Source of the DNA: the human T2T-CHM13v2.0 reference genome, Homo sapiens
Assembly: GCF_009914755.1 (NCBI RefSeq)
Contig: NC_060944.1
DNA: 64,000 nt
Direction: 5' to 3' (one strand)
The position numbers were made by a program, and so were the translations under genes. The stretch's first letter is position 1; every line of letters starts with the position of its first letter. The notes under the pieces are model-generated. The model saw only the letters and a program-made list of their open reading frames with translations, ran no database searches and had not been told where the DNA came from. Positions 52,460 to 64,000 of the stretch are shown piece by piece.

Positions 52460-54898
52460 AAGTTATGATGCTTCTTGACATAAAATCTTTAAGCATTAAA
52501 ACAATATTAAATCATAAAATCAGTATAAGAAAGTCTAAAACATTGCAGATTTTCCTGAGGTCAACTTAAACACTTAAAAAAAAAAGCCAAATTCTTAAAA
52601 CAATTGTTTTTGGTGTCCTGCTTTGATGGTTCCCTAAACACTTGCTCTGACTATTAGAAATTCTGTACCTGGGTAGCTGGGGCCCCCGTGGAGAGGGAGC
52701 AGCTCGCCCAGTGAGAGAGGCTTGGCCATTGTCCTGCAGGGACTCTGCTGTTGGGGGAGCGGGCAGGGCATGTGCAGTGTGGGGTGTGGCATTCAGAGGG
52801 AGTGGCCTCCACAGCCCTGTGGCCGGGGTAGGGAGCCCAGGGGGGCCATCCATGTTTCTCTTGAGGTACCTGGCAGAAGGCGGGTGGGGGGGTGCGGGGG
52901 GTGGTCCTTGACAGCAGAGCAGAGAGAGATGGTGGTCAGAGGCCCAGGCGGGCTCCGATTAGGCCCAGGCCAGGGTCCGGGATCCATAGGAACCCCTCGA
53001 CCACCAACAGGGCCTTGAGCACCCTGGCCAGGGCGGAGGTAGTCCAGGACAGAGGACAGTTCTGCCAGTGGTGAGTGGAATTTGGGTTAGGGGTAGGGTT
53101 AGGGTTAAGTTCAGGCGCTTGGGAACAGACAGTGACCAGGAAGCCTCCGGCAGCTGTGGGCCCCAGGGCTGACCTGCTGCTCGTCCTGCTGCTCGTCCTG
53201 CCCCGTGCTCCACCGTCCTGGTTTGCCCAGGTGAAGGGGTTTCCAGGACTCTCCGTTTTAAAACCAGCACAATCTGGGCCAACTGGGACACACTGGTCAC
53301 CTTGCTAATGTGTCCCTGTTCCTGAGGGGGAAAGCGGATAGGCAGTTGTCCCCCAGGGCCCAGGGAAAGAAGCCAAGGCAAGGTGCAGACAGATTTCCCT
53401 GCCCCAGACTAAGGGAGCTGTGGACAGAGGCCTTTGCTGGGAGGTGCTGGGTCCTTTCCTCCAGGCAGCGCTGGGATTTGGGCCCCGAGACCTCGTGTTT
53501 CTCTGACCCAGGGAAGAAGCCTCTGTCCACTCTGGGCCTTGCCCTTCTTTTGTTTTCCTTGGTGGAGGGAGGGAGAGGAGGTCGCCAGCACTGTTTGCCC
53601 GAGTGAGGCTCATTTCTCCTTTGTCTGCACAAGGCTGGACTGCCCTGCATTTTCATGGTAAGTTTGTTTCTTCAAGCCGTTGTTAAAATCCTGGAGGCAG
53701 AGAAAATGCATTTGCTCCATCACCTTCCCTGAGGTGACAAGTCCTATAAAACCTGTTAAAGCCTTTAATGAAATCCCTGCTCAGAGCTGCTCTGTGAATG
53801 AATGTGGAATCAGAATTTAAATTAAAATGTTGCTCTTGTTGTCTGGAGGCTTTGCCTGGGAAGAAATGAAAGGGGCAGCTCACCTTTCTGCCACCGTTCT
53901 CAGGCCGGGTGGGCGCCATGACTAGCCACCCTCTGACCCAGGGCTGGGGGCCCACCTGTGACTCACGGGCTGGGTCAAGATGCTAGCTGGATTTCAAGGC
54001 AGTGGCTCTCCCCACACCTGAGACTGTCCCTGCTGCAGGCCCCACAGAAAATCCCACTGAGGGGGAAGGTGGGTGTGCCTGTGGACCAGGTAGCCACTTG
54101 GGACTGGAGGTTTTATGTACTCAGAAGCAGAGTCAGTCCCTGAGCTCACAGGCTGATAGCAGGGGTGTGGGCAGACAGCCGCCCTGGAAGAGGAAAGAAG
54201 AAAGTGAGAGCGACTAAGGGGCTCTGGGGTGTGTGAGTGGGTTGGTGCAAGGTGGAAAGGAGGCAGGGAATGTCTTCCCAAATGAAGGGAGCAGGTGGGA
54301 GGCCAAGGCAACGGGCATGAGGCCTGGAGGCCTCGTGGCTTGGCTGGGGGCAGTACCAGCCCCGCTCCTACCTGTTCAGCCTCCCCGCTGCAGCTCTTCC
54401 CTCTTTCCTTCACGGAGTCCTGCTCTTTGGACTTAACACACTCAGGAGTCTGTTGTTAAAAAACAAACCAAAGGCTCTCTTAGCCTCGACCCCATCACAG
54501 CCAAGTTCTGGAGAGCTCTCTGCTCCATCTCCTCTTGTCTCCCCCTCCTCCTCCCTCTCCACTTCTGCGTGTCCCGGAGAGACAGAGACCCCCAGGCACC
54601 CTTGGCTGGTGGGAGAGACAGCACAAACATGAACGGCTCACGGGCCGCACATAGTTGCCTTCACTGCGGGGCGAGACACAGCTGTGTGGAACCGGCCCAG
54701 GCCCTGAGAGGTGCTTTCCTCTCCTGTTTTCCAAGTTGGCAGCGCTACCCTATTTCTTCTATGATGAAAAGGAACTCTAAAAGCATTCAAAACATTTAAA
54801 AAGTGTGTGTAAGAAGTGTTTTCATCCCTGCATAGATTACCTCCAGTGAAAAATCAGCTATGCTCCCCCCCTGCCACTTAAAGTGCTGTGAAGCTGTT

Positions 54899-55030
54899 GC
54901 AGGGAGGGCCCCGGGTCCCAGGAGGAGGCCAGGGGACCCTCGGGGAGGGCAGGGAAGGTGCTGCAGGGAGGGCCCCGGGTCCCAGGAGGAGGCCAGGGGA
55001 CCCTCGGGGAGGGCAGGGAAGGTGCTGCAG
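54899..55030. repeat. Tandem duplication of 64 bp
   Basis: GCAGGGAGGGCCCCGGGTCCCAGG... at 54899 and 54963. Confidence 0.9.
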
Positions 55031-55182
55031 GTGGAGAGACTTCGGGACACGTGGCTCTGGGAGCAGGTGCAAAGGGTTATAGCTGAAGGAAGGAGAGGAG
55101 CCATAGCTGATTATTCATTGACGGTAATGCTACACAGGGATTAAAATCAGTCAACTTGAATAAACCTTAAGAATAAGGCTGA

Positions 55183-55657
<475 letters not shown>

Positions 55658-56329
55658 TTGAGCTATAAAAACAAGTTGTAAAGGGTTTTGTTCTGTATGA
55701 TCACATCAATGTAAACTGAAAAAAATAGTATGTGTTGTTATTGGATGTGTATGTAGATACAAAAACTGTGAAAACATGCAGGGAGATGATACAAACCAAT
55801 TTCAGAGATGCCCCCGCTGGGGAGGAGGGCACAGGACAAGCATTCTTCATTGTCTGTCTGACAGTGTGTTTTGAATGCGTGTTTGAATATTTTCATGCTT
55901 AAAAAGTAAACAACAAAAGATGATGGGAGATAGGATGAGGAGGCAGCGTGCTGAAAAGGGTCCATTTCTAGGTGGCGAAGAGAGTGAGTTGGGGCAGTGG
56001 GCTGGGCAGAGGGAGGGCTTCGAGGATTCCAGGAAGAATTCTGTAGGAAAAGGAGCCAGGCAGAAGGGTGGGAGAGCCACAGGGGCTGGAAGCGGGGTGG
56101 TACTTCCAGGAACCTGAAGCCCAGGTGAGGACAGGTGCTTGTGCCATGCCACCGTGGGGGTGAGAACTTGGGCAGAAGAGGCCGTGTGTGCCGAGGGAGG
56201 GGTCGGGAGAGGGATGAAGATCTGAATTGAATGGATGCTGAGAGGAAGCTTAGTCATGCATCGCCAAAGACGGCTCATGGAGTAAATAGAGCACTAAAGG
56301 CTGGCTCACTCGCGGAGAGCTGTTTCCTG

Positions 56330-56455
56330 TGGCTCAACAAGTTTATAATAAACACAGTTAAACTTTTATTTATGGCACAGCTGCTAATTGCACCATAAAC
56401 ACTTTTCATCAGGCAATTGCTGTTTACTCATTTGCCAATCAGCTCATTATCCAGC
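56330..56455. promoter_or_regulatory. Candidate developmental enhancer (FOX/HOX/E-box cluster)
   Basis: ATAAACA twice, TGTTTAC, TTTATGG/CCATAAA, TAATTG and CAGCTG within ~90 bp of unique AT-rich sequence. Confidence 0.45.
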
Positions 56456-57269
56456 TACCTCTCCTTGTTCCTGCCTTCCCACTTCCCAAATCCTACTGCT
56501 TCTAGGGCGTCCCTCTGCAACTGTACCCCCACCCAACTGCCTGGCCTGACTCCTGGCAGGTAGGCCCCCTCTCCAGTCCGCCCAGGCTTTGGTAGGTGTG
56601 CCTGCCCAGGCTAGGCTCTGTTCTGCTGCTGACCATGGCCAGCCCCGACTGTCCAGCATCCTAGTGTTTGAGGCCCTGAACAATGCCCCTGCTGGGCTCT
56701 CCTGACCACTCTTTTCTCTGGCTCCCAAACCTCACGGCCCCTGGGGATCCTCGCCTCCCTCTTTTCCTGCGTTTATCCCAGCCCCACTCAGCATGCCCAG
56801 AGGTCTCCCCACCCATCTCTCTCCTAGACCAGGGGTTACATAAAACTTAAGCCAGTGTTCCTGAGGGTCCTTCCTTTCCTTAAGAGGGAGCGTGTTCCGA
56901 ATACTCAACTCCTGCCGCTTGTTTGCTGGGTTCAGTGTGGCCCCTCGCTCACCATTACCTCGCAGAGCACTGAGACAGAGCTTACACTTACTCATACCTT
57001 GGTTCATTGGTTCACCCGACCATGGCCACCTCCACACAGGTCATGGTGTGAGTCGCCTCCCCCCATGTTCCCTCTGCAGAGCTGGCTCCAGGATGAGCCT
57101 GAGCTGGGAGATCCTCTGGATGGAAGGAAGTTCCACCCTGTATCCAGTTACTGTGACACCTGCCCCCCTATGAGCTAACAGGCCCCCAGGTGGGTGGGGA
57201 CCAGAGTCTTAGGGTGTGTGCTCTGTGTGCTCTGCAGCACCCACTTTGCAGACATCAGCGTTAGCGGAC

Positions 57270-58070
57270 ATGTGTGTGAGTGAGAATGCTCATGTGAGTG
57301 CATGCATGTTTAGGTGAGTGGGCATGTACATCTACGTGTGAATGGTGTCTGCATGTACACACATGCACAAAAGTATGTATGTGTAAACGTGTGCATATGT
57401 GAATGACATGTATATGCTCATGCAGATACGCTAATGTGTATGTACATGCGTGCATGTGTGTATGTGTAAGTGGTATATGCATGTGTGTACATGTAGGTTT
57501 TTGTGAATATACAAGTGTATATGTGCACATAAGCAGTGTGTATGTGTGCATGTGTTTGCACATGTGAGGGGTGTGCATATATATATGCATGTATATGCAT
57601 GTGGGCAGTGTGTTCACATGTGTATATGTGCATGTGTGTGCATGTGTGTGCACATGTGAGGGGTGCGTGTATATATGCATGTATATGCATGTGGGCAGTG
57701 TGTTCACATGTGTATGTGTGCATGCGTGTGCACATGCGAGGGGTGCATGTATATATGTGCATGTACTCACGTGTGTATATGCATGTGGGCAGTGTGTTCA
57801 CATGCGCATATGTGCATGTGTGTGCACATGTGAGGGGTACATGTATATATGTGCACATGCATGTGTGCATACAGCTATGCACATTGTGTGTACATGCACA
57901 TTGTGTGTACATGTGTATATTTCAGGATGTGCATATGTGTAAAAGTTGTGTACATGTAAGTAATGCATGTGTGTGTGCATGTGTTCAAGTGATTTGTGTG
58001 TGCATATGCTACACATGTGTGCTTTCATGAACATATGTGTGTGAGTGGTGAGATTAAGTGTATGTGCACA
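57270..58070. repeat. (TG/CATG)n alternating purine-pyrimidine tract with internal duplications
   Basis: Direct inspection. Confidence 0.88.
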
Positions 58071-60946
58071 GAGGCCTCAGACTGAGTCTGATGGGGGTCC
58101 CTGCTAGCTCTGGAGAGAATGTGGTAGCAGGGCTGAGGCCCTTGTCTTCAGCTGAATGAGTCTGCCTGGCGTGCGCTCAGTGCTCTCCCGCTCTCCTGCT
58201 TCTCTTCTGAGGTCAGTCACAGACCTGGACATCCGGCTTGTGGGGGGTATTGAGTTGCAGTGGCTGTGTGTGCTTTTGTATGTGAACACATGTGCTCATG
58301 TGTTGCATGTGTGTGGTGTGCACTGTGTCTGGATGTGATCATAGGCAGCATTTTGGGGTATTTTTGGGTGTCAGGGTACTCACTGGGGGCATTGAAGATG
58401 CAGTGGCAAAGCAGGTGTCCAGGAGTCTGAGCTCAGACTTGACTTTCTGCCTGGGTCAGCCTAGATTTTCTACATGGAAGTGAGGTGAAAGGGAGAGGAA
58501 TATTTGGGAGCCCTTCTCTGTCCCTTAGGTCCCTAGGAGCCCAAGGATGGTGAGAGGGCCCAGCCCTTGGTTTTTGATCTATTTGAGAGGAACCGAGTAA
58601 TCTTCTGGGGTCTGCTGTTGGCTTCTTCAGTACAGTGAAATTAGCTGAGCAGTTCCTCTGGGCAGAGCCTCTGCTAACATTCCTTTGAAGCCTCCCTCCA
58701 TGCTGGGAATCCAGCAATGTCCAGTGATAAGCTTGGGAGGAGGACATACTTGCAGTGGAAGAGACACCATGCCTGTCCCACCAGCCCCTTCACTTTTGGG
58801 GTCAAGCATTATTAGAGCCCTGCCAATGGATTGTGTGTGTCGTGACAGATGTCAGCTGGGAGGAAAAGACACTGGGCCCCTCCTGCACAGGGGCCTTATT
58901 TCTAGAGAAAGGGAAGACTGAGGTGCAACGTGGGCCTGTGGTTAGGGAGACTGCATTCTGAACACCGTGGGAAGAATGCTAGAAGCTCTCAGCCTCTGCC
59001 TTCCTCTGCCATGCTCGAGCTGGTCAGTCATGGTCCCCGAGGCCCTACAGCAGCCTGCAGGGATCAGGGCAGCAAAGGTGCTGCAAAACCAGCAAGACCA
59101 ACAGGACTGTACAAGACCGGTGTTCCACGGCGACACCTTGTGGTTGCAATGGCAGCAGCACTGCCTGTGGAAGGACAAGGCTCTCCTGCAGCTCCTCCCT
59201 ACCAGGCTTTGGACTAAGCCTCCAGCATTTTTGGACAGTTGGCATGCATGTTGGAGGAGAGTACTTGAGAAGGAAATAATGGGCTGGGTGCTAATAGAGG
59301 ATTTGGAGGCTCACACACTAAATGGGGAAGGACTCATTCATACCCATTCCTTCTTCCGAAATGTCTCCTTCCATGTCCTGCCCTCGTACCCATTCCTTCT
59401 TCCGAAATGTCTCCCTCCATGTCCTGCCCAGGCCTGCTCTTTGGGTCTCCTGGCTGGTGGGGGAACAGATGTGGCGTAATCACGTCGAGATGCAGCAGGT
59501 GCACCAAGCACTGTGCGCACCGCTGTTAGCCCCAGGACCCCCAGTGTCAGCACTGGTGGGGCTGGTGTTTGTGGAGTGTGTCAGTGGACTGGCAGGCCCG
59601 TGGATTCCACGTGTGTAAGAGAGACTGACAGCCCTTCCTGTCTCAGAGCAGCCCCTCCTGGGTCCCATCCTGGGTCCCATCTTGGGGTTGGACATGCCCT
59701 TGTTTGAGCTTGGCCCCTTCTTGCTGGGCCACCAGCCCTGACCCTAAATCTGAGAGGGGGCTTGGCTGGGCCTGGGGTCAGGGGACAAACAGCCACCCTG
59801 GCTGAGGCCCTGGGCAGCTGAGGAACTTCAGCCAGCTTTGGGCAGCTCTTGGGTTGGGAGATGGGCTGCTGTTTTCTCGGACAACGCCCTCCCCAGCCCC
59901 TCAAGACTCTGTTTTCAGTCAGTTCAATTAGTACAACTTTAAAGCAATTAGGGAGAATTAGTGGCCAGGCTGCTGCAGGCAGATGCTGAATACACTCATG
60001 CCCCCTCCCCCAACCTCCCTCACCGAACCTGACAGCTGCTGCGGGGAGTGCCTTTCTCTGCTGGCTCTGTCCTTTCTCCCAGAGATCCAGCCCCCATCTC
60101 TCCTTCTCTCAAGGGTCTGAGGAGGGGAGGGTGGGCAGTCTAGGGGACAGACCCAGAGACAGGGGCCCTGGGACTGGGAGGGTGGGGCAGGCCCGGGGAA
60201 ATGGGCCAACTTCCCCTCAAGACCCCAGGCCTGGGCCTGCTCTAAGGAGAGAAGGGATGGGTGCTGGTTGGAGGCTCAGCCCCTGAGTGAGGGTGAGGGT
60301 ACTCAGCGCGGATTGGGAGGACTGACCAGGATTGTGGCCCAGCCTCTGGCCCTGTGGCCTCCAGGAGCCCCCAGCTCTGGTGAGGGCACCCTTTGGTGGG
60401 GCTGGGGGCTGTTCTTCAGTGGGAGGCCTCTGAGAGGCTGGGCCTCTCCCACTAGGTGTGGGGTGGCAGCGAGGCCCTGCTTCTGAGCCAGTGCTGGAGC
60501 CACACCACCTTCTCTGCCTGGTAGTGAAGGAGGTGGCCCCGTGGGTGCTGCAGACCCTGGGCCCTCCCTGGTGCCCCTTGGGCTGCTCTGTGGGGAGAGC
60601 TCCAGGTGCTTGCTTGCGTGGATGGGGCACCAGGGCAGGTGCAGGGCTGACTTCGCAGATGGAGCCCTTTGTGCGGGGACCCTGTCTTCCGGCCTTGCCC
60701 CTCCCTACTCCCCCAGCTTCTCAAAGAAGGTCTGTTTTCTGAGCCTCCTCTGTGATGCCCCCACCAGCCGCAGCCTCCCTCAGATGTGTGGGGGGTGTCC
60801 GCGGTCCTAACCAATGTCTTTTCTGCATGTGTCCACGTGTATCTGGCACTTTCTCTGAGCAGGCTCTGGGCTCAGCACCGGGTAAGGCAGATCCATGCAG
60901 CCCCTCACCTTGGCCGAACACTGAACAGATGATGACATGTACTTGT

Positions 60947-61106
60947 GCAATTCCAGCTTCAACAAGGGTCACCAGAACAGCTCTGAGCAATTCCAGCTTC
61001 AACAAGGGTCACCAGAATTGCTCTGTGCAATCCCAGCTTCAACAAGGGTCACCAGAACAGCTCTGAGCAATTCCAGCTTCAACAAGGGTCACCAGAACAG
61101 CTCGGA
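60947..61106. repeat. 40-bp tandem repeat, 4 copies
   Basis: GCAATTCCAGCTTCAACAAGGGTCACCAGAACAGCTCTGA at 60947, 60987, 61027, 61067. Confidence 0.93.
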
Positions 61107-61436
61107 GAAGGGCTGTGACCCGGTCTGAAAGCTTCCCAGAGACTGGCTTAGCGGGATGACCCTGGGGAAGGAGATAGTGGGTGGAGCAGAGAGGCTGATT
61201 AGAGGCTGAGTCTTTATACGGAAGTGATGGTGCCCTAGAGGCACAGGAGGGAGTGAGTGCTGCCAGTGGGGCAAGGAGGGGCGGCTCCACCTGTGACCCT
61301 AACCCTAACCGCGTAGGGAACCTTCAGTGGGCCCATGATGGTGGCCCAAGCACACGAAGGTGTCTGTGCTCTGTGCCTTCGCTGAGCAGTGCAAGTCTGG
61401 GCCCAGGGGCTTCCCCTGAGGAGGGGAAGCCAAGGG

Positions 61437-62145
61437 TGTCCACGAAAAGAGTCAAACTCTGTAAAGTATTTGAAGAGATTTATCCTGAACCAAATACGAG
61501 TGACCATGGCCCATGACTCGGCCTCAGGAGGTCCTGGTGACATGTGCCCGAGGTGGTCGGGACACAGCCTGGTTTTATACATTTGAAGGGTGACATGAGA
61601 CATCAATCAATATGTACAAGATGTACATTGGTTTGGTCTGGAAAGGCAGGACAACTCAAAGTGTGGGCTTCCAGGCCATAGGTAGATAAGACACAAACAG
61701 CTGCATTCTTTTGGGTCTTTGATCAGTGTTTCACTGAACACACAATTTACATGTGAGAGGGGGTAGAGAAATAGTCACTTATGCCTTAGGCTGACTCAGT
61801 GAATCTGCATTTTTACATAAGCAGTAGGGCAGAGGAAGCCATCGGATGTGCATTTGTCTCAGGTGGGCAGTGGGATGACTTTGATGAGTTCTGCCTGTCC
61901 ATTGTCCCGCACCTGTGAAGGGAAGCTATCCATTTACGTTGCCAGGGTGAAATTCAGCAGAACAGTTTTAGGGCAAAGATCTTGAAGCCCAAGAAGAGTT
62001 TCTCTGTGGGGAAATTGTGAGGGAGGATGTAGACTTCCACACAATCCTTGTCACTATCTTATTCGGGAATAAAATGGGAGGCAGGTTGGCCTGACGTGCT
62101 TTGGCTTAGTGATTTTGGGGTCCCTAGATTTATTTTCCTTTCCCA
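61437..62145 (-). mobile_element. MER4A-like solo LTR
   Basis: Minus strand begins TGGGAAAGGAAAATAAATCTAGGGACCCCAAAATCACTAAGCCAAAG. Confidence 0.8.
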
Positions 62146-63169
62146 AGTACTTATTACAAAGTAGCAGGCTTCAAACTTGGAGATCTCACAACCCCAAGTA
62201 ACATTCTGTTAGAAACCATGGGACCACCCACACCGTTGCTGTGGACTACAAGCTCGTGTCACTGGCAGCTCAAAGTAGAAAGTATCAGACACCCCCCACC
62301 TCGGGGGACCTCTGTTTCAGATCTCAGGTGACTCTTCACCTTGAAGACATTCAGCTTAATCAAAACCTCTTTTCTGACCCTTTGTGCCAGCCTTCCTGGA
62401 GGGGGCTCCCCAAAGAAGGGTCTACTTCTTGTCCCCTACCTCCCCACATCCGCTAAGGGCTTCTACACAAACACAGGATGAAATGAGAGGAAGGTGGCCA
62501 CCGGAACGGTGCTTAATGGCCAGGATGTTCTCTCCCTGATGTGTGCTGTTCCCATTACAGGTATTCACTTCTTGATGAAGCAATTTCCTATATAATGGCC
62601 CCACATGGCAGGCTAAATGTGGAAAACCACCAAATAGAGGCAGAAATATAAAGACACTTTGGATCATCATTTGCAGAAGGCAAAATAGCTGCAGGCAGCT
62701 TGTGGTTGAGACACTCAGTAATGGTACTGGCCAGGCACGGAAAGCATCCACAGACACAGCTCACAGGTGCAGCGTGGAGAATTCCAACCAGCCAAGGGGC
62801 CCAGGCAGGCCTCCGAGGAAGGACGCTTGACCTGAGACTTCCCCCTTATCATGGTCAAAGTGAGGGTGTCCCTGCTGGAGCCCCTGCAAAGGCCCGAGGG
62901 AGCCGGGACCTTAGAGTCTGGGGACTGCATACAGCCCACTTTGAGGAAGCCTTCTTGGTTTGAGGAGGGGGTTGAAGGGCAGCATCATGGACCCTGGGTT
63001 GAGAAGGAGGTGGAGACCAGCGGGGTGAGGGGCTCCACCTTGACTCAACTCCCTAGATGGCAACTGATGGGGGCTGGTCTAGAGGGCTCTCTCCTAGGTG
63101 AGGGGCTAGACCTGAAGCTCTTGTGCTTCCTCAGCCCTAGTCCCCTTCATGGGGACAGGAATGGTGTGT

Positions 63170-63885
63170 GATGGTGCATTCATAGATGTGCATGCACACA
63201 TACAGGCATGTACATTTGTACACAGACATGCACACAGAAATGTGCATGCATAGGCCCACACAGCAGACAGGCACATGCACACAGGTGTGTACACAGAGAT
63301 GCACACACACGTACACACAGATGTGTACGCAGAGAGGCACGCACATTCACACACAGATGTGTACACAGAGAGGCACACGCACATACACACACAGATGTGT
63401 ACACAGAGAGGCACGCGCACATGCACACACGTGTACACAGAGAGGCACGCGCACATGCACACAGATGTGTACACAGAGAGGCACGCGCACACGTACACAC
63501 AGATGTGTACACAGATGCACGCACACACGTACACACAGATGTGTACACAGAGGCACGCACACGCACACACAGATGTGTACACAGAGAGGTACGCACACGT
63601 ACACACAGATGTGTACACAGAGAGGCACGCACACATGCACACACAGATGTGTACACAGAGAGGCACGCACACACACACACAGATGTGTACACAGAGGCAC
63701 GCACACACGCACACAGATGTGTACACAGAGGCACGTGCACATGCACACACATGTACACAGAGAGGCACGCGCACATGCACACAGATGTGTACACAGAGAT
63801 GCACACATGCACACAGAAATGGGCATGCACATGCACACAGATGTACACACATGGATGTTCACACACACACACATGCACGCAAACA
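63170..63885. repeat. ~30-bp CA-rich minisatellite
   Basis: Unit ~CACACAGATGTGTACACAGAGAGGCACGCA. Confidence 0.9.
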
Positions 63886-64000
63886 CAGCCCCTCTGCAGC
63901 TCTGCTGTCTGCCTCAGGTGGGGGCCATGCTGGGTGAAACTGTCATTTCTCCCTGTCTATAAGCTCCTGCCTTGAGGCTATGAAGACAAGAGGATGTGAA

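Overview
Human (primate) genomic DNA, recognisable as distal chromosome 20q13.33. It carries two protein-coding class A GPCR genes arranged tail-to-tail. OPRL1 (nociceptin receptor, + strand) has a 5'UTR exon at 6716-6866 and CDS exons at 7471-7703, 13945-14300 and 14419-14942 (370 aa). NPBWR2 (- strand) has a single-exon CDS at 22929-21928 (333 aa). A CpG island with a strong splice donor lies between them. The remaining ~40 kb is non-coding, towards MYT1 by established synteny; no MYT1 coding exon is visible. About a quarter of the window is tandem repeat (~16 arrays), interspersed with Alu, L1, MER4-group and MaLR LTR elements. Nearly all long ORFs in the track are artefacts of these repeats. 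The most notable signals are: (1) the OPRL1 UGA-CUAG readthrough context, giving a 29-aa extension that ends in a PDZ-ligand-like VTAL; (2) an Alu split in two with its halves and target-site duplications on opposite strands, recording a ~3 kb inversion; (3) two large VNTRs born inside transposons at that same site; (4) a putative + strand first exon in the CpG island that would nest NPBWR2 in an intron; (5) an RFX X-box cluster upstream of the OPRL1 5'UTR exon. No prokaryotic-type system (CRISPR etc.) is present.
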